This document shows, in pieces, positions 17,554 through 28,186 of a stretch of DNA of 64,000 bases. A program made the position numbers and the translations under genes. Each line of letters begins with the position of its first letter. Position 1 is the stretch's first letter. The notes under the pieces were generated by a model, which searched no databases, was not told where the DNA came from, and worked only from the letters and a program-made list of their open reading frames with translations. Origin of the DNA: Candidatus Altiarchaeota archaeon (GTDB lineage Archaea > Altiarchaeota > Altiarchaeia > IMC4 > SCGC-AAA252-I15); the NCBI GenBank assembly GCA_043813075.1, contig JBDRLL010000010.1, forward strand, positions 32,001-96,000, written 5' to 3'.

Positions 17554-18236
17554 TCCAACAACCCCCTGATCAATGAGACTATCCTATCAGCGTTCGCACC
17601 CGCCTTCAAGACTATGTCAGCGAAATCAAGCCGCCCCCCGCCAACGCCATTCGCGTAGTTGTCGACACTGCACACGCACGCGTACTTCAAACCCAACTCT
17701 CCCGCGAGAGTCGCTTCAGAGCCCACTGTCATGCCAACCACATCCGCAAAACCGCCCAAAAACGCGACCTCAGCCTTTGTCTCAAGCCGGGGCCCCCTAG
17801 TCTGAACGTAGACGCCCCCATCAGTGACCTTAACACCCGCCCTAGCGGACGCTGAGATTATCCTACCCCTCAACTCCCCGTCAAAGCCGGGTGTGACATG
17901 CCGCACCTCCCCGTCAAAGAACGTGACATGGCTTGAGAAGTCGATGTAGTCTGATGGGACGACAATGCTTCCAGGACGGAACTCCTCCCTCAGACCCCCG
18001 ACGCTCGACACGCCAATCACATCCGCAACGCCAACGGACTCAAGTGCCTTTAGATTCGCCCTATGCTCTATCCTATGGGGCGGCGTCTCATGGCCTAGCC
18101 CATGCCTTGGGAGAAAGCAGAAATCATCTGCCATACGCAGGCTCACAGTACCGTACGGCGTCTCGACTTCAACAGGGTCAGCATCCCCCACCAGCATATT
18201 GTGCTTAAGGCCGGTCCCCCCTATAACGCCGATCAT
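17550..18236 (-). CDS. mtnP: MTAP-family nucleoside (methylthioinosine) phosphorylase
   Basis: IGVIGGTG, ETPYG, RHG...PPH, GPRLETKAE, VGMT, VDNYA. Confidence 0.85.
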   Translation of the reverse strand: MIGVIGGTGLKHNMLVGDADPVEVETPYGTVSLRMADDFCFLPRHGLGHETPPHRIEHRANLKALESVGVADVIGVSSVGGLREEFRPGSIVVPSDYIDFSSHVTFFDGEVRHVTPGFDGELRGRIISASARAGVKVTDGGVYVQTRGPRLETKAEVAFLGGFADVVGMTVGSEATLAGELGLKYACVCSVDNYANGVGGGRLDFADIVLKAGANADRIVSLIRGLLE

Positions 18237-18300
18237 GTCAAGAAATACCCCTCTTTTAAGCTTATTTTATTTATTGTATCAAATACTTAAATCAGTTAAC

Positions 18301-18765
18301 ATGGGTTCAGTAGCCAACACTATAATGCGGATAAAATGGCGTTCAGTATTCGCCCTGCTCATAGTGATAGGGGCGATATACTTCCTGGTGAACTCGCTTC
18401 CATCCAGCTACCAGGTCAAGAACAACATAGCGTTGAAGACTACCGCCGACCCGGAAGTGATAATGCCTGGCGGAACCTCCACAATAACAGTCGAAGTAAA
18501 GAACCTGGACAAGGAGAAGTCCATAACAGTCAGCGTGAAGGCGAAGACCACCGACAACTCCATGTTCTTCTCCACCACCTACTCTGGAGACTACCTCAAG
18601 GGAGGCATACTCATCGGGCCTCAGGAATCCCGCAAACTCAATTTTGACGTTAAGTCCAAGGCAGGCTCGCTGGAAGGAAGGTACGGGATAACGGTTGAGG
18701 CGGTGGAGGACGGCAGTGTTGAGGGCGCAGCCGAGACAGTCTTCATCAATGTCGAGGACGTATAA
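18301..18765 (+). CDS. Membrane-anchored Ig-like beta-sandwich protein
   Basis: N-terminal TM, then 'PEVIMPGGTSTITVEVKN...IGPQESRKLNFDV...GRYGITV'; the ORF-track extension to 17965 overlaps mtnP and is spurious. Confidence 0.7.
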   Translation: MGSVANTIMRIKWRSVFALLIVIGAIYFLVNSLPSSYQVKNNIALKTTADPEVIMPGGTSTITVEVKNLDKEKSITVSVKAKTTDNSMFFSTTYSGDYLKGGILIGPQESRKLNFDVKSKAGSLEGRYGITVEAVEDGSVEGAAETVFINVEDV

Positions 18766-18767
18766 TG

Positions 18768-21700
18768 CTACATGAATTCAGCTAGACTCGCCTGCTTGGC
18801 CAGCTCGTTAGTGAAGAGGGACTCGGTCTGTTTCTTTATGAGGTAGAGCCTCTGTTTAAGGTAGTTTGAAAGCCCGTACTTCTCAGCCATCTTGATGGAC
18901 ATGTCCAGGTACTTGACTATGTTCCCCTCGCTCACCGTCAGGAGAAGCCTTCCGCCGCACTTGACGCACTTTCCGACAAGCGGGACCCTCCGGTAGTTCT
19001 CATTGCACTTGACGCACCTGAAGTGCTGCCTGCTGAATGCGCGCAGATTCCCGTAAGTGTCCCTCATGAAATGCGAGTTGATGACTATCTCAGCCACCTC
19101 CTTCTCGTCGATAGCCCTTATCTTCTCCGCGACAGCTAGCTGCGCCTTCATCTTCTCCTCCATGGTCCCCAGACTCACGTACCTGCTCACGTGCACCGGA
19201 CCGTTAACGTCTCCTGTGTCGTGGGTGAAGTCCAGCCCTCTGTAGGGGTCGGTCTTCAGCATGTTCTTAACAATCTTCACCTTGACTTCAGAGGGGTTAA
19301 CGTTCCTGAGCGTCGCCTCATAGAACTCTCTTGAAAAGCAGCCCACAACCTCCATCTTATGGGCCTCATCATCTATCTCGTTGGGGTCCATTATGGTGGT
19401 TATGACGAGGGGCGCGTCCATCTTACCCCCCCTCTTCTCTGGAAGGTACTTCCTCGAGAAGTTCAACAGCGCGTCCATCAAGAGCATCACAGCATCCTCA
19501 TCGCCATCACAGTTCCTGCGTTTCGCAGCATGCCAGTAAGGGTGGGCGTAGCACACCCTCGCCTTCGTGAAGCCTATTATCCTCCCAACCACTCCCGCTG
19601 AAGTGTGGGGTGCAAGCCCCACCACCAGCTGGCCTAAAATGTCGTCGACACACTCGACGTTATAGAACCTCTCCATCTGATAAAGTTTAACGAGCGTGTC
19701 GTCTATGAACCTGCACGCCTTCATCAGGTATTCGCCGCACGATTCCGATATTATTATGTCCTGGGTCCGCAGTTCCACGATCTGATCGTCTGACGCGAGT
19801 TCCACCCCCCTATAATCCTTAATGTAGCCGAGCTCCCGGAGCCTCTCGACAGAAACCCCTATCTCCCTTGGCTTAAAGTGCGTGAGGGGAGCGTCCGTGG
19901 AATCATGCCTAACAGTCCCGTCCTTGAACACGTAGACCCCATGGAGAGCCCTCAATATGCCCTTTTCGAGGGGCTCAGGTATCTTGTAGCTTGAAATCAT
20001 GCCCATAACGCCCTTAACGTCAACAGACCTGCCGACCCTCTCAACAGCCTCCAACCACCTCTTGCGCATCTCCATGTCATGCCTCCCGTACAGCCTGGTG
20101 TTCGCCCCGCACCTCGGGCATTTCTCGCTAGCACCCCTATAGCTGCAGGAACCGCATACCCTTATCAACTCCGTGCTGCCACCGCAATCCGGGCATCTCG
20201 TGCTAAGCGTCTTAGTCCTGCACTTCTTACAGTAGAATTGCGATACGTCAACACTAATGGTATTCCTCTCCGCAGCCTTGTTCACGCTCCGCTCCCTGCC
20301 GCCAGCATTACCTATCGGAAACAGGGCGTGCACTGCCGGACGCATCTTCCTCTCAGCAGACTTCTCAGGCCTCCCCATCCTGCATCCGATATACGACCCA
20401 ACCTTCCTTCTAACAATCACGCTGGAGGTCTCCCGTATAAGATCAAAAGCGTTGGAATCATCTGCAATGCCTGCCACCTTTGAAGCGAACACTCCCGCAT
20501 CCAGCTTGTCGTCCATCCCCAACTGGGCTAGCAGGGGCTGGTATCCCCCTATGACTACGCTACCCTCAGACACCTTATGCGGCACGCCAAGCAACTCAAG
20601 CACCCTCTTGGCCCTCTCATCCATGAATACTATGAGCTCTTCCCCAGCATTCCCCCTACCCAGCCAGTCCACCAGCACTCGAATGTCGCCGACACTCAAA
20701 TCCTCCCAGTGATAAGTGTACCTAGGGTGCAGTGGGATGCCCTTCTCAACAGACAACCTGACTGCGTCCGAAGGACCGGGCATGGAAGCATCAACACCAG
20801 CATCCAACGCCTCAATAGCCCACCAGTCCTCGCAGTATCCGGAAGCCTCAAGGCTAGTGTTGGTTTGGAGGAAATCCCCGTAGGAGACTAGTATGTCCCC
20901 GAGGAACAGGACTTCAACCACATCATCCCTGACTTCAAGAGCCCTAGCCCTATCCCCTATCAACTCCACGCTACCATCCTTAAGCTTAACCACCGGACCC
21001 TCTATAGTGTCGCACTCGGTTATTATACAACCCTTGCCCGGACGCTCCACCTTAACCTGGGTTCCGGTGGCTATGAAGTCATCCAGTACAATCATGGTGG
21101 CAGGATGTATGGACTTAGCCGCTATACCCGAACACCTGGCCCTACCATACCTCAGCCTGAAGGCGCCCTTAGCCGAAGGGGCTGCGAAGATGGGCCTTCC
21201 ACCGACAACCTCGTCCATGAACTTTGACTTGGGCTTCGAATCCTCCCCAGACTCGTCCTTCCTGGACTTCCCTATGCCTGAAAGCCAGCCCCAATCCAAA
21301 CCCAGCTTGCTGGAGTAGCCCCTAACCTTCTTGGACTTCTGGGCTATGCCCTCAGCTATGACCAGGCACATCCCACCCCTCACCCTGTTGGAGTCCACCC
21401 GCTCCAAGTCCCTGTGCAACGCAACCTCCACATCCTCGGTAGGATCACCGTCAACACACACATCCAGGTTATTAACAATCAGACGCACCTCATCATCACC
21501 AGGCTTGTACTGGAGCCTCGAAGCCCTCTCATCGTAAAGCTTAATCTCCTCAACATAACGCTCAACCTCATCCTTCGTAGGCCTATACCCCTGCAACCCT
21601 ATCTTACTCCTTATGTAATCCCCCACCAGCACTGCGAGGCCCTGAGCCGTGCCGCCAGCGCTTCTTATGGGTCCTGCGAAGTATATGGCAAGGTATTCAC

Positions 21701-22073
21701 TGCCGTCCGGATTCTTCTTGACGCACACCTTCGATATCCCCTCTATGGGCGCGGCCACCACACCCTCCGTCAGTATGGCGAGGGATGTCCTCAACGCCTG
21801 CTCCATCCGCTCATCCCTCCCCTTAGGGTCCAGCGGCATGTCCTCCAGCATGTAGTCTATTATCCTCGAAAGATTCTCCCTACCATACTCCTTTATCCTC
21901 TCTGCTATGCCCTCAGGGCCGACAAGACCCTCCACCCTCGTCGCAAGGTCTCCGGCAGGCACAGCCTCAACGTCCGGACTAGGGTCTATGTTCAGCTTCC
22001 TCGCCCTCCTGGCTATCTCATAGGTCCTCTCAATCTCGCCCGACAGCCTGCTGAAATATTCCTTAGTGTCCAT
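18768..22073 (-). CDS. polC: DNA polymerase D large subunit DP2
   Basis: AILTEGVVAAP, YFAGPIRSAGGT, RMGRPEK, AKRRNCDGDED, Zn fingers; no intein seen. Confidence 0.98.
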   Translation of the reverse strand: MDTKEYFSRLSGEIERTYEIARRARKLNIDPSPDVEAVPAGDLATRVEGLVGPEGIAERIKEYGRENLSRIIDYMLEDMPLDPKGRDERMEQALRTSLAILTEGVVAAPIEGISKVCVKKNPDGSEYLAIYFAGPIRSAGGTAQGLAVLVGDYIRSKIGLQGYRPTKDEVERYVEEIKLYDERASRLQYKPGDDEVRLIVNNLDVCVDGDPTEDVEVALHRDLERVDSNRVRGGMCLVIAEGIAQKSKKVRGYSSKLGLDWGWLSGIGKSRKDESGEDSKPKSKFMDEVVGGRPIFAAPSAKGAFRLRYGRARCSGIAAKSIHPATMIVLDDFIATGTQVKVERPGKGCIITECDTIEGPVVKLKDGSVELIGDRARALEVRDDVVEVLFLGDILVSYGDFLQTNTSLEASGYCEDWWAIEALDAGVDASMPGPSDAVRLSVEKGIPLHPRYTYHWEDLSVGDIRVLVDWLGRGNAGEELIVFMDERAKRVLELLGVPHKVSEGSVVIGGYQPLLAQLGMDDKLDAGVFASKVAGIADDSNAFDLIRETSSVIVRRKVGSYIGCRMGRPEKSAERKMRPAVHALFPIGNAGGRERSVNKAAERNTISVDVSQFYCKKCRTKTLSTRCPDCGGSTELIRVCGSCSYRGASEKCPRCGANTRLYGRHDMEMRKRWLEAVERVGRSVDVKGVMGMISSYKIPEPLEKGILRALHGVYVFKDGTVRHDSTDAPLTHFKPREIGVSVERLRELGYIKDYRGVELASDDQIVELRTQDIIISESCGEYLMKACRFIDDTLVKLYQMERFYNVECVDDILGQLVVGLAPHTSAGVVGRIIGFTKARVCYAHPYWHAAKRRNCDGDEDAVMLLMDALLNFSRKYLPEKRGGKMDAPLVITTIMDPNEIDDEAHKMEVVGCFSREFYEATLRNVNPSEVKVKIVKNMLKTDPYRGLDFTHDTGDVNGPVHVSRYVSLGTMEEKMKAQLAVAEKIRAIDEKEVAEIVINSHFMRDTYGNLRAFSRQHFRCVKCNENYRRVPLVGKCVKCGGRLLLTVSEGNIVKYLDMSIKMAEKYGLSNYLKQRLYLIKKQTESLFTNELAKQASLAEFM

Positions 22074-23618
22074 CTAATCACCGAAGTAGAGCATGGAGAC
22101 ATCATGGTTCCGCAGGTTCATGGCCGGCACCCTCGCGGGAGTCGGCTGGTGCCCCAACTGCTCCTGATACTTGGTCTTACCCTGCCATGTGCCTGAGTTG
22201 ATGACGTTAACGCCCCTATAGTTAGCGAAACCGTTCGTGTGGACGTGCCCACAGTGGAACACGTCCGGAACATCCTTTATGAACAGGTAATCCCTCTCCT
22301 CCGGGAGTATGCTGTCGCCCCCATACATGGGTACGAGATGCCTCCTCCTCAAGTACTCTATCATAGCGTATTCCGGCCGGTTGTAGCTGCATTCCGGTAC
22401 GTTGCTTATTATAGTGTCCAGCGACGTCCCATGGTACATGAGCACGTCAACCCCATGCGCGGTAACCTTCACCGGGTTCCCCACAACATGGACGTTCGGC
22501 AGCTCATAGAGTGGCGCGCCAATATCCTCCGGAAGCCTCGGCTGCGGCTCAGCAAGCCTGACTGCATCGTGGTTGCCCATGCTCAACACAACCTCAATGT
22601 AGTCCGGTATGTTCTCCAACAGCAGGGATAGAAAGTCGTACTGCTTGTAGATGTCCGGTATGGTGAGCTCCTTCTCCTGATGGGGGTATATGCCTATCCC
22701 ATCGACAAGGTCTCCCGCAACAAAGATGTACTTCACCTTCTCAGACACGTCCCTCTTGTCGCCGTGGCCGTGAAGCCACTTGATGAACGACTCGAACTCG
22801 CGCTCAAGGAACAGGTAGCTGCCCACGTGTATGTCCGACATGAACAGGGCGTACACATCTTCCTCGGAATAATTCGGCTGCCTGTTGAAAGGTATGTCCG
22901 GCTGGGTTATGTCAGATGCTATGAAAAGCTCGTTCCTCAGCACCCCCTCAACGCCAACCACCTCGTCAGGCAGTATCCGGTTGAACGCCCTCGCAAGCTG
23001 GTCGTTCTCATTGCTGATGAACACGGTAAGCTCTCCAGTAGGGTCCTCGACGTCAAGGAACCTGTATCCCTTGTCGCTCTCCCTCTTGTTGTTCACCATG
23101 CAGATTATCCTGCACCTGCCATCAACGTTCCCTGACTTCAAGTCGTCTATGCTCAGGACGCTCCTGTACTCCACCCGGTTCTGGAGAACACCCTTCACGT
23201 TAGAGTACCTGGTGTTAAAATAGTCTATGAAATCCTCCACCTTGCCCTCGCAAGTCGACTTCCCAGTGACATCGCTCTTATCGTGGATGACGAGTTCAGC
23301 CTCTATATCGCTTGCAGAAGGCTTCCTAGACCTCACGACCTCGACAACAGACTCGCCCGCCTTAGGGCCAGCTTCACTCAGGGTCTCAGGCTCCGGGGAT
23401 ACGACGCAGAGCTTCTCCTCCTTTGAATCCAGCACGTACTCGTCAATGAACTCGCTGGTCACAAGCCAAATGTTGTTCTCCCTCGACCTCCCTATTATCT
23501 CGTCAACGTCAAGGTTGCAGGATATTATCTTGTCTATGCAGGCGGCGCCTATGATAAGCCCGTTCTGAGTGAACTGGTATGCAATACCCCTCTTCCTGTC
23601 GCCACCCCCCGTACTCAT
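22074..23618 (-). CDS. polB: DNA polymerase D small subunit DP1
   Basis: SDIHVGS, AGDLVDGIGIYP, GNHDA, YHG, HCGHVH, NSGTWQ. Confidence 0.96.
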   Translation of the reverse strand: MSTGGGDRKRGIAYQFTQNGLIIGAACIDKIISCNLDVDEIIGRSRENNIWLVTSEFIDEYVLDSKEEKLCVVSPEPETLSEAGPKAGESVVEVVRSRKPSASDIEAELVIHDKSDVTGKSTCEGKVEDFIDYFNTRYSNVKGVLQNRVEYRSVLSIDDLKSGNVDGRCRIICMVNNKRESDKGYRFLDVEDPTGELTVFISNENDQLARAFNRILPDEVVGVEGVLRNELFIASDITQPDIPFNRQPNYSEEDVYALFMSDIHVGSYLFLEREFESFIKWLHGHGDKRDVSEKVKYIFVAGDLVDGIGIYPHQEKELTIPDIYKQYDFLSLLLENIPDYIEVVLSMGNHDAVRLAEPQPRLPEDIGAPLYELPNVHVVGNPVKVTAHGVDVLMYHGTSLDTIISNVPECSYNRPEYAMIEYLRRRHLVPMYGGDSILPEERDYLFIKDVPDVFHCGHVHTNGFANYRGVNVINSGTWQGKTKYQEQLGHQPTPARVPAMNLRNHDVSMLYFGD

Positions 23619-23638
23619 TCTATCCTACAGGCCCTAAA

Positions 23639-24550
23639 TCACTTAGAGAAAAACTCCCTGAATTTTTCCACAACCATCATCCCGCCCTTAAGCTGGCACT
23701 CGTCTGTCCCAGCCCCAATGTGGGGTGTCAGCACGACGTTGGGCAGTCCCGTCAGCGGACTGGCCTCCAAAGGCTCCTTCTCGTACACGTCCAAAGCGGC
23801 TCCGGCGATAACCCCCTCCTTCAAAGCCTTGACCAAAGCCTCCTCGTCCACGACCTTTCCGCGTGCAGTGTTCACCAGCAACGCATTCTTCTTCATCAAC
23901 GAAAGCCTATCCGCGTTAATCATCCTGATGGTCCCCTCAACGGCCGGAACGTGCAGCGAGACGATGTCCGACTCTTTCAGCAATTCCTCGAGTGAAACCC
24001 CCTTAACGCCGTGAACATCCTCCTGCGCCTGGTTGAACGCGGGATCGTATACTATCACCTTCATGCCGAAGGCATTCGCCCTAGCAGCAACCTCCTTACC
24101 AATCCTACCGAATCCGATTAGTCCTAGCGTCTTCCCTGAGAGTTCAAAGCCCTTCAACTGCTTCTTCTCCCACAGGCCGTCCTTCATGGACTTGTCAGCC
24201 TTCGCGATATTCCTCGCGTAAGACAGCATCAATGCGATAGCCATCTCCGCGACACTAACGCTCGAAGCCTCCGGAGTGTTAACCACCGTAACCCCCTTCG
24301 CCTTGGCGGCTTCACGGTCAACGTTGTCGAGGCCGACTCCAGCACGACCTATGATCTTCAGGTTGCCGGCTTCTATCACTTCCTTCGTGACTTTGGTGGC
24401 GCTCCTCACGAGTATCGCATCATATCCCCCAATCTCCTTCACCAGCTCCTCTGGAGTCAGCTTCTTCTCGTCCACGTCAGCGAACGTCCTCAACTCCCCA
24501 ATAGCCTTCTCATGATACTTGTCCGTTACGAGAACCCTAGGTTTTTCCAT
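23639..24550 (-). CDS. serA: D-3-phosphoglycerate dehydrogenase-like 2-hydroxyacid dehydrogenase (no ACT domain)
   Basis: [35 protein letters not shown]. Confidence 0.8.
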   Translation of the reverse strand: MEKPRVLVTDKYHEKAIGELRTFADVDEKKLTPEELVKEIGGYDAILVRSATKVTKEVIEAGNLKIIGRAGVGLDNVDREAAKAKGVTVVNTPEASSVSVAEMAIALMLSYARNIAKADKSMKDGLWEKKQLKGFELSGKTLGLIGFGRIGKEVAARANAFGMKVIVYDPAFNQAQEDVHGVKGVSLEELLKESDIVSLHVPAVEGTIRMINADRLSLMKKNALLVNTARGKVVDEEALVKALKEGVIAGAALDVYEKEPLEASPLTGLPNVVLTPHIGAGTDECQLKGGMMVVEKFREFFSK

Positions 24551-24600
24551 GCAAGATATTAGTAAACAATTAATATTAATCGCCTCCCATAATCTATAGC

Positions 24601-25521
24601 ATGACCTCCCTAGCCGTAGAATTAGCGGGTTTAAGGCTCAGCAACCCCACAATACTCGCTTCTGGAGTCATGGGCTCCACTAAGGCTTCCCTAAACCGGG
24701 TCGCAGGGGCGGGAGCGGGGGCGGTCACCACAAAATCCGTCACACGCGAGCCACGTCCAGGCCACGACAACCCACAGATGGTCGAGGTCACATCCGGCTA
24801 CTTGAATGCGGTCGGCTACACCAATATGGGCTTGGATTCCGCCAAAGAAGAGTTCACAGGGCTCGGTGATGTCGGCGTCCCCGTCATAGGCAGCATTGTA
24901 GCCGAGGATGCTGAGGGATTCTCCCTTCTCGCTAGAGAGTTCAACTCCATGGAGTTCGACGCAATTGAGGTTGTCCTATCCTGCCCCCACACTCCGGGGC
25001 TCGGGCTGATGGGGGGGCAGGGAACACCAGAGGCGGCTTGTGAAGTCGTGTCTGCCGTCCGCAGCCAGGTGAAGAAGCCGTTGATAGTCAAACTCTCCCC
25101 CAGCGTCGGCAACATCGGTTGTGTGGCGGAGGCTGCAGTATCCTCCGGAGCCGACGTACTCAACATGGGAAACACTCTAGGTCCGGGGATGGTGATAAGC
25201 CTGGAGGCAAGGAAGCCTGTGCTCGGATTCAAGGTGGGCGGCATGTCAGGGCCAGCGGTCAAGCCGATCACTATCCGGTGCGTGTACGACGTCTACGAGG
25301 CGGTGGGGGGAAAGACACCGATAATCGCCACTGGCGGAATAACCTACGGGGTTGACGCCATCGAGGCATTAATGGCTGGAGCATCCGCGGTTGGGGTGGG
25401 CACTGCGGTAAAATACCGCGGGCTCAATGCATTCACCATGATCAGCGAAGAAATCTCAGGATGGATGGAATCCAATAATGTCGGCAGAATAAAGGACCTG
25501 GTTGGTGTAGCCCATGGATAA
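24601..25521 (+). CDS. pyrD: Dihydroorotate dehydrogenase, catalytic subunit (family 1B)
   Basis: NPTILASG, TTKSVT, SCPH, VKLSP, GGMSGPAVKP. Confidence 0.95.
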   Translation: MTSLAVELAGLRLSNPTILASGVMGSTKASLNRVAGAGAGAVTTKSVTREPRPGHDNPQMVEVTSGYLNAVGYTNMGLDSAKEEFTGLGDVGVPVIGSIVAEDAEGFSLLAREFNSMEFDAIEVVLSCPHTPGLGLMGGQGTPEAACEVVSAVRSQVKKPLIVKLSPSVGNIGCVAEAAVSSGADVLNMGNTLGPGMVISLEARKPVLGFKVGGMSGPAVKPITIRCVYDVYEAVGGKTPIIATGGITYGVDAIEALMAGASAVGVGTAVKYRGLNAFTMISEEISGWMESNNVGRIKDLVGVAHG

Positions 25522-26275
25522 GCCTGTCATGGTCGAGATAATCGGCGTCAAGGAGGAGAGCAAAAACCATAAGACCTTCACACTGGACGTCAAAGTGGAT
25601 GCTGTTCCAGGCCAATTCTGCATGCTCTGGCTGCCTGGGCTAAACGAGAAGCCCATGAGCTTCAGCGGCATAGGCGAGCAAGCTAAGGTTACTGTAAAGA
25701 AGCTGGGGGACTTCACTAAACAAATGTTCCGGATGAAGCAGGGGGATGAGATAGGCTTCAGGGGCCCATACGGCCGCGGATTCGCGGTCCTGGATGGGGA
25801 GGCGTGTCTTGTCGGAGGCGGGTGTGGTATAGCGCCTCTACTGCCTCTAGCTGATGAAGTCGACGGCCTCGCTATAGTCGCCGCGAAATCCAGGTCAGAC
25901 CTCATCCTGGTCAAAGAGTTCAGGGATTCCGGCCTCGACGTTGTCGTCGCCACAGACGACGGCAGTGAGGGAGTCAAGGGTTTCGCCCATGAAGTCCTGG
26001 CCCAGCAGATCAGTGAAAGGGACTTCGGATGCGTATACACGTGCGGTCCTGAAGTCATGATGAAGACGATAATGGATGTGTGCGATGAAAGCGATACTGA
26101 ATGCCAGCTCTCGCTCGAACGTTACATGAAGTGCGGCATCGGCATCTGCGGTTCATGCACCCTGTCCGGCATGAGGGTTTGCGTTGAAGGCCCAGTCTTC
26201 AACGCCGACGAATTACGTGGCACGGAATTCGGCGTATACACCCGTGACGGTTGCGGGTGCAGGAGGGTTATATGA
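25514..26275 (+). CDS. pyrK: Dihydroorotate dehydrogenase electron transfer subunit
   Basis: PGQF, RGPYGRGF, GGGCGIAP, CGPE, MKCGIGICGSC. Confidence 0.95.
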   Translation: MDKPVMVEIIGVKEESKNHKTFTLDVKVDAVPGQFCMLWLPGLNEKPMSFSGIGEQAKVTVKKLGDFTKQMFRMKQGDEIGFRGPYGRGFAVLDGEACLVGGGCGIAPLLPLADEVDGLAIVAAKSRSDLILVKEFRDSGLDVVVATDDGSEGVKGFAHEVLAQQISERDFGCVYTCGPEVMMKTIMDVCDESDTECQLSLERYMKCGIGICGSCTLSGMRVCVEGPVFNADELRGTEFGVYTRDGCGCRRVI

Positions 26276-26913
26276 TGGATAAGCGGGATGTTGCGGGAGT
26301 CCTCTTGAAGATTAACGCAGTAAAATTCAATGTCGACGAGCCTTTCACTTACGCGTCTGGGATAAGGAGTCCAGTGTACACTGACTGCCGCCTCCTCATG
26401 TCCCATCCTCTGGAGCGGAGGCAGGTCGTTGACGCGTTGAAGTCGATGATTGAGGATGAAATCGGTGTTGAGCAGTTCGACGTTGTTGCGGGCACAGCCT
26501 CGGCTGGAATACCTCACGCAGCATGGTTGTCCGAGCTGTTCGGGAAGCCGATGGTATACGTTCGCAAGAAGTCAAAGGGTCATGGCCTCCAGAAGAACAT
26601 AGAAGGCACTGTGCCTGAAGGCAGGAAGGTCCTGTTGGTCGAGGATCTTGTCAGCACCGGCGGCAGTTCCATGGACGCCGTCAGGGTGTTGAGGGATGCT
26701 GGTGCGGTAGTGGAACATGTTGCGGCGATATTCACGTACTCGCTTCCACGTGCAGAAAAGCTATTCCATGATAACAGCATTCAACTACACCCTCTGACAG
26801 ACTTCGAGACCGCTCTCGCAGAAGCCGTCAACTCCGGTTATATGGCTGAAGAACAGTCTTCAAGGGCTTTAGGGTGGAAGAGAGACCCTGAGGGATGGCA
26901 AGACAAAAAATAA
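26272..26913 (+). CDS. pyrE: Orotate phosphoribosyltransferase
   Basis: FTYASGIRSPVYTDCR, YVRKKSKGHG, VEDLVSTGGS. Confidence 0.95.
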   Translation: MMDKRDVAGVLLKINAVKFNVDEPFTYASGIRSPVYTDCRLLMSHPLERRQVVDALKSMIEDEIGVEQFDVVAGTASAGIPHAAWLSELFGKPMVYVRKKSKGHGLQKNIEGTVPEGRKVLLVEDLVSTGGSSMDAVRVLRDAGAVVEHVAAIFTYSLPRAEKLFHDNSIQLHPLTDFETALAEAVNSGYMAEEQSSRALGWKRDPEGWQDKK

Positions 26914-26953
26914 AAACTTTTTATATAATATAAACAAATATTGTATTGTAAAA

Positions 26954-27748
26954 ATGGATTTCACGGAAAAATACGTGCAGGCACGGGATGAGAAAAAAAG
27001 CAGGCTATGTCTTGGACTGGACCCTGCGCTGCCTGACCAAAGGAGGACTGACGTCATGCGGGAGATCTACCCTGGGGACTCGGGAGACGCGATACTGCAA
27101 TACTGCATCGACATGGTCGAGTCTGTGTCAGACTACTGTTCAGCGGTAAAGGCAAACTCACAGTACGTGCTGTTCGCCCTAAGCCCAAGCAAGCTGGAGG
27201 CGCTGAACCAGGCTATACACGATAAAGGCATGATATCCATACTGGACCACAAGCTGGGTGACATAGGCGCGAGCAACGACAGCGCATTCTACTGGGCGAA
27301 AAAATGCGGTTTCGACGCCATAACATTCTCCCCCTACGCCGGCAACATAAGGGATGCCACCGACATGGCACACCACAGGGACCTGGGCATAATAGTCCTG
27401 GACCTGATGAGCAACCCGGAGGCGGAGGGCTTCCAAAAGAAGGCTAAATTCAACACCACCCCATTCTTCGTCAGGGTGGCGGAAGACGCCAAGCACGCCG
27501 GCAGTGACGGAGTGGTCGTCGGCGCCACCGGACACATACGGGAAGTGGACGTAAAGAAGATACGGGGCATAGTAGGAGAGAAATGCCTGATACTATTCCC
27601 GGGAATCGGGAACCAGGGCGGCGACATAAAGAAGGCTGTTGAAAACGGCGGTAAAAACATACTCATAAACGTCGGACGCGGAATACTATACTCCACAGAC
27701 CCTGTGAAAGCAGCCATGAAATACCAGAAAATCATCGAAGGGCATTAG
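26954..27748 (+). CDS. pyrF: Orotidine-5'-phosphate decarboxylase (long subfamily)
   Basis: LCLGLDP, ILDHKLGDIG, SNP, VVGAT, PGIGNQGG. Confidence 0.93.
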   Translation: MDFTEKYVQARDEKKSRLCLGLDPALPDQRRTDVMREIYPGDSGDAILQYCIDMVESVSDYCSAVKANSQYVLFALSPSKLEALNQAIHDKGMISILDHKLGDIGASNDSAFYWAKKCGFDAITFSPYAGNIRDATDMAHHRDLGIIVLDLMSNPEAEGFQKKAKFNTTPFFVRVAEDAKHAGSDGVVVGATGHIREVDVKKIRGIVGEKCLILFPGIGNQGGDIKKAVENGGKNILINVGRGILYSTDPVKAAMKYQKIIEGH

Positions 27749-28154
27749 GCCATCGAAGCAGCTTAACGTCATCCTCAGTGGCGCTGACCGCTAGGATGGC
27801 GAATATGCCCACGAACGGGAACACTATGCTGTTTGTGTAGAAATAGTACTTAACCAGGAATAGGAATGCCACCATCCTGTCCACCAGGAAGTCTAGTTTA
27901 GCCCCGAATTCCGAGCTCCTTCCCGAAACCCTCGCGAGAGTCCCGTCAAGGACGTCGAGGACAACATAGGAAAGCACAAGGACCGCCGATAGGATCCCCC
28001 TCTCAAAAACGAAATAAACGCCGATGAACCCGCATAACGCTGAGATAAAAGTGAGGTGGACTGGCCTAACGCCAACACCATCCGCGAACAGCATGGGCCT
28101 CCTCAAGGCCCTGTCGATAAGCCTCTTGACTATCTTAAGCCGCTTGTACACCAT
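27732..28154 (-). CDS. CDP-alcohol phosphatidyltransferase family protein
   Basis: DVLDGTLAR...G...LDFLVDR signature. Confidence 0.88.
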   Translation of the reverse strand: MVYKRLKIVKRLIDRALRRPMLFADGVGVRPVHLTFISALCGFIGVYFVFERGILSAVLVLSYVVLDVLDGTLARVSGRSSEFGAKLDFLVDRMVAFLFLVKYYFYTNSIVFPFVGIFAILAVSATEDDVKLLRWPNALR

Positions 28155-28186
28155 GTCATATTATTAATATTAAAGCAATAACTATC

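Noticed and set aside
18768-22073. Intein in DP2
   Set aside because: The length (1101 aa) and contiguous catalytic motifs leave no room for one, and no intein terminal motifs are seen
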